From positions 90,473-154,472 of the forward strand of contig CAVWEG010000008.1 of NCBI GenBank assembly GCA_963754015.1: a stretch of 64,000 nucleotides of DNA, read 5' to 3'. Made by a program: the position numbers and the translations under genes. Below the pieces are notes generated by a model, which made no database searches, had not been told where the DNA came from, and saw only the letters and a list, made by a program, of their open reading frames with translations. Below are positions 62,722 through 64,000 of this stretch, one piece after another (the stretch's first letter is position 1; the number at the start of each line of letters is the position of its first letter). Source of the DNA: Candidatus Dormiibacterota bacterium (GTDB lineage: Bacteria > Chloroflexota > Dormibacteria > Aeolococcales > Aeolococcaceae).

Positions 62722-63054
62722 TCAGGCCGCGGACGCATGCGAATGGCGCCTGCCTCGAGTGACGGCGACGCCAACGGCCGCCGCGGCCGCAAGCGTGACG
62801 ACGGTCCCGCCGGCCACCGCCTGCACCCGGCGGTCCAGGCCGAGCGACCACAGTGTTGCTGCGACGCCGCGATTGCGGGCGGCGGCCATCGCTCGGGCGT
62901 AGAGACGTCCCCGCGTGTCGTCGTCGAGCTGCCACGCGTCGAGCGCGCTGCCGATCTCGGCCCCGGTGTCGAGCATCGCGCGGACGTCCGCGGAAGCCGC
63001 GAAGGCGGCGAGGTCGCTCTCCAGCGCGGCATCGAGCTGGTCGGCCGCGGTCAT
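62722..63054 (-). CDS. putative cognate anti-sigma factor / small single-TM protein
   Basis: The ATG at 63054 overlaps the sigma factor stop (ATGA). 110 aa, with an acidic helical N-terminus and a C-terminal hydrophobic helix GGTVVTLAAAAAVGVAV. No zinc-finger motif. Confidence 0.45.
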   Translation of the reverse strand: MTAADQLDAALESDLAAFAASADVRAMLDTGAEIGSALDAWQLDDDTRGRLYARAMAAARNRGVAATLWSLGLDRRVQAVAGGTVVTLAAAAAVGVAVTRGRRHSHASAA

Positions 63055-63632
63055 GAGCCCGACCTCGTCAGGCGCTCGGCGGGAAGTGGCGCGCCGAGCC
63101 GGCGCCGGAGCGCGGTCAAGGCCCGGAAGGTGAGGAGCTTCACCGCACCCTCGCTTCGGTCCATCACCTCGGCAATCTCGCGGTTGCGAAGCTCGCCACC
63201 GAAGCGCAGCAGGATCGCCTGCCGCTGGTCGTGCGGGAGCCCGGCCACTGCGGCGCGGACCTCGTCGGCGCGACTGCCCTCCTCGGCCTGCAGTGCCGGA
63301 TCGGCGCCCGCGTCCGGGAGCATCCGCGGCTCGAGCTCGATCCACCCGGGACGGCGGCGCTCGCGCGAGACGAGGTTGCCGGCCACGCGGTACAGCCACG
63401 CGGAATACGGCACGCCACGCCACTGAAAGCGAGGAAGTTCCTCGATCGCCTTGGTGAACGTTGCCGCGGTCACGTCGTCTGCCTCTTCCATATCGTGGGT
63501 GAGCGTGTACACGTAGGCGTGGATCTGGTCGACGTAGCGCTCGTAGAGCGTCGCGAACGCCGCTCGGTCACGCTGCGCGGCCAGGATCTCAAGCCGCTCC
63601 TCCTCGAGCTCGGCAGCAGTCCGATGTGCCAT
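63051..63632 (-). CDS. ECF-type RNA polymerase sigma factor
   Basis: Region 2 (FATLYERYVDQIHAYVY, SAWLYRVAGNLV). Region 4 (LPHDQRQAILLRFGGELRNREIAEVMDRSEGAVKLLTFRAL). Confidence 0.9.
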   Translation of the reverse strand: MAHRTAAELEEERLEILAAQRDRAAFATLYERYVDQIHAYVYTLTHDMEEADDVTAATFTKAIEELPRFQWRGVPYSAWLYRVAGNLVSRERRRPGWIELEPRMLPDAGADPALQAEEGSRADEVRAAVAGLPHDQRQAILLRFGGELRNREIAEVMDRSEGAVKLLTFRALTALRRRLGAPLPAERLTRSGS

Positions 63633-63692
63633 CGCTAGCGCTGCCGCCCTCGCGAAGGACGCACTCCGCAGAAGCGTGCGAGATCCATCGCG

Positions 63693-64000
63693 TTACGCCC
63701 GGCGGTGTTCGCCGATCAACCCGAGGCGCGTGCCCACTTCCTCGAAAGCAAGCAGCGCACGATCGAGCTGTTCGTGCGTGTGAGTCGCGCAGACGATGGT
63801 GCGGACGCGAGCCTGACCGCGAGCGACAGTCGGAAATCCGATGCCCTGGGCGAAGACTCCGCGTTCGAGCAGCAGGTCCGAGAGCTCCATCGCGACCGGC
63901 GCCTCGCCGCACATCACCGGCGTGATCGGGGTCTCGCTGTGGCCGATGTCGAAGCCCAGCTCACGCAGACCGCTCTTGAAGTGACGGGTGTTGCTCCACA
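63693..64000 (-). CDS. kbl: glycine C-acetyltransferase / 2-amino-3-ketobutyrate CoA ligase, C-terminal ~100 codons (5' end outside the window)
   Basis: The reading frame continues to the window edge: [89 protein letters not shown]. This is the typical C-terminus of Kbl/AONS-class PLP enzymes. Confidence 0.8.
   Translation of the reverse strand, partial: WSNTRHFKSGLRELGFDIGHSETPITPVMCGEAPVAMELSDLLLERGVFAQGIGFPTVARGQARVRTIVCATHTHEQLDRALLAFEEVGTRLGLIGEHRRA

Noticed and set aside
59823-64000. A tdh-kbl threonine-degradation pair (the Zn-dehydrogenase at 59823 and kbl at the right edge)
   Set aside because: The two genes are separated by two sigma/anti-sigma loci and lie on opposite strands. 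The dehydrogenase has atypical insertions, so a functional pairing cannot be argued from this window.

Overview
High-GC (about two-thirds G+C by eye), gene-dense bacterial chromosomal segment. I call about 70 protein-coding genes and 2 tRNAs. I see no rRNA, CRISPR array, integrase, transposase, phage genes or recognisable defence system. All family calls rest on motif recognition in the supplied translations; no database search was run.

Gene content, left to right:
- pyrB-pyrR.
- A polyphosphate island (ppx, phoU, ppk1, CYTH/CHAD, SixA-like phosphatase) behind an orphan OmpR-type regulator.
- MeaB plus an ICM-like acyl-CoA mutase large subunit.
- Two LCP cell-wall ligases flanking a phosphofructokinase with a PPi-type signature.
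- A beta-oxidation block: three acyl-CoA dehydrogenases, a frameshifted thiolase, 3-hydroxyacyl-CoA dehydrogenase, SCP2 protein, crotonase and an EtfD-like membrane Fe-S oxidoreductase.
- sucCD.
- A methylmalonyl pathway operon: epimerase, MCM large subunit, carboxyltransferase.
- tmk, an R3H AAA ATPase, a tandem GNAT protein, pdxST.
- tRNA-Pro and tRNA-Arg.
- A second carboxyltransferase with a mini-BCCP.
- ispH embedded among RDD and DUF95 membrane proteins, facing a MoxR-DUF58-DUF4350-DUF4129 operon.
- Two convergent ECF sigma/anti-sigma pairs and the 3' end of kbl.

Genes are very often translationally coupled (ATGA, GTGA or TGATG overlaps). Several genes look leaderless, with a TANNNT box 6-10 nt upstream of the start codon.

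The window is mostly housekeeping. The candidates most worth a second look are:
- the functionally undescribed MoxR/DUF58/DUF4350/DUF4129/DUF95/RDD membrane neighbourhood;
- the polyphosphate island, with a co-translated phosphohistidine-phosphatase-like gene and an antisense small ORF;
- a ~128-nt GC-rich nested inverted-repeat element splitting sucC from sucD;
- two conserved genes (pdxT and an acyl-CoA dehydrogenase) that have no canonical start codon available;
- a recurrent GTCGCATACT motif upstream of three genes.
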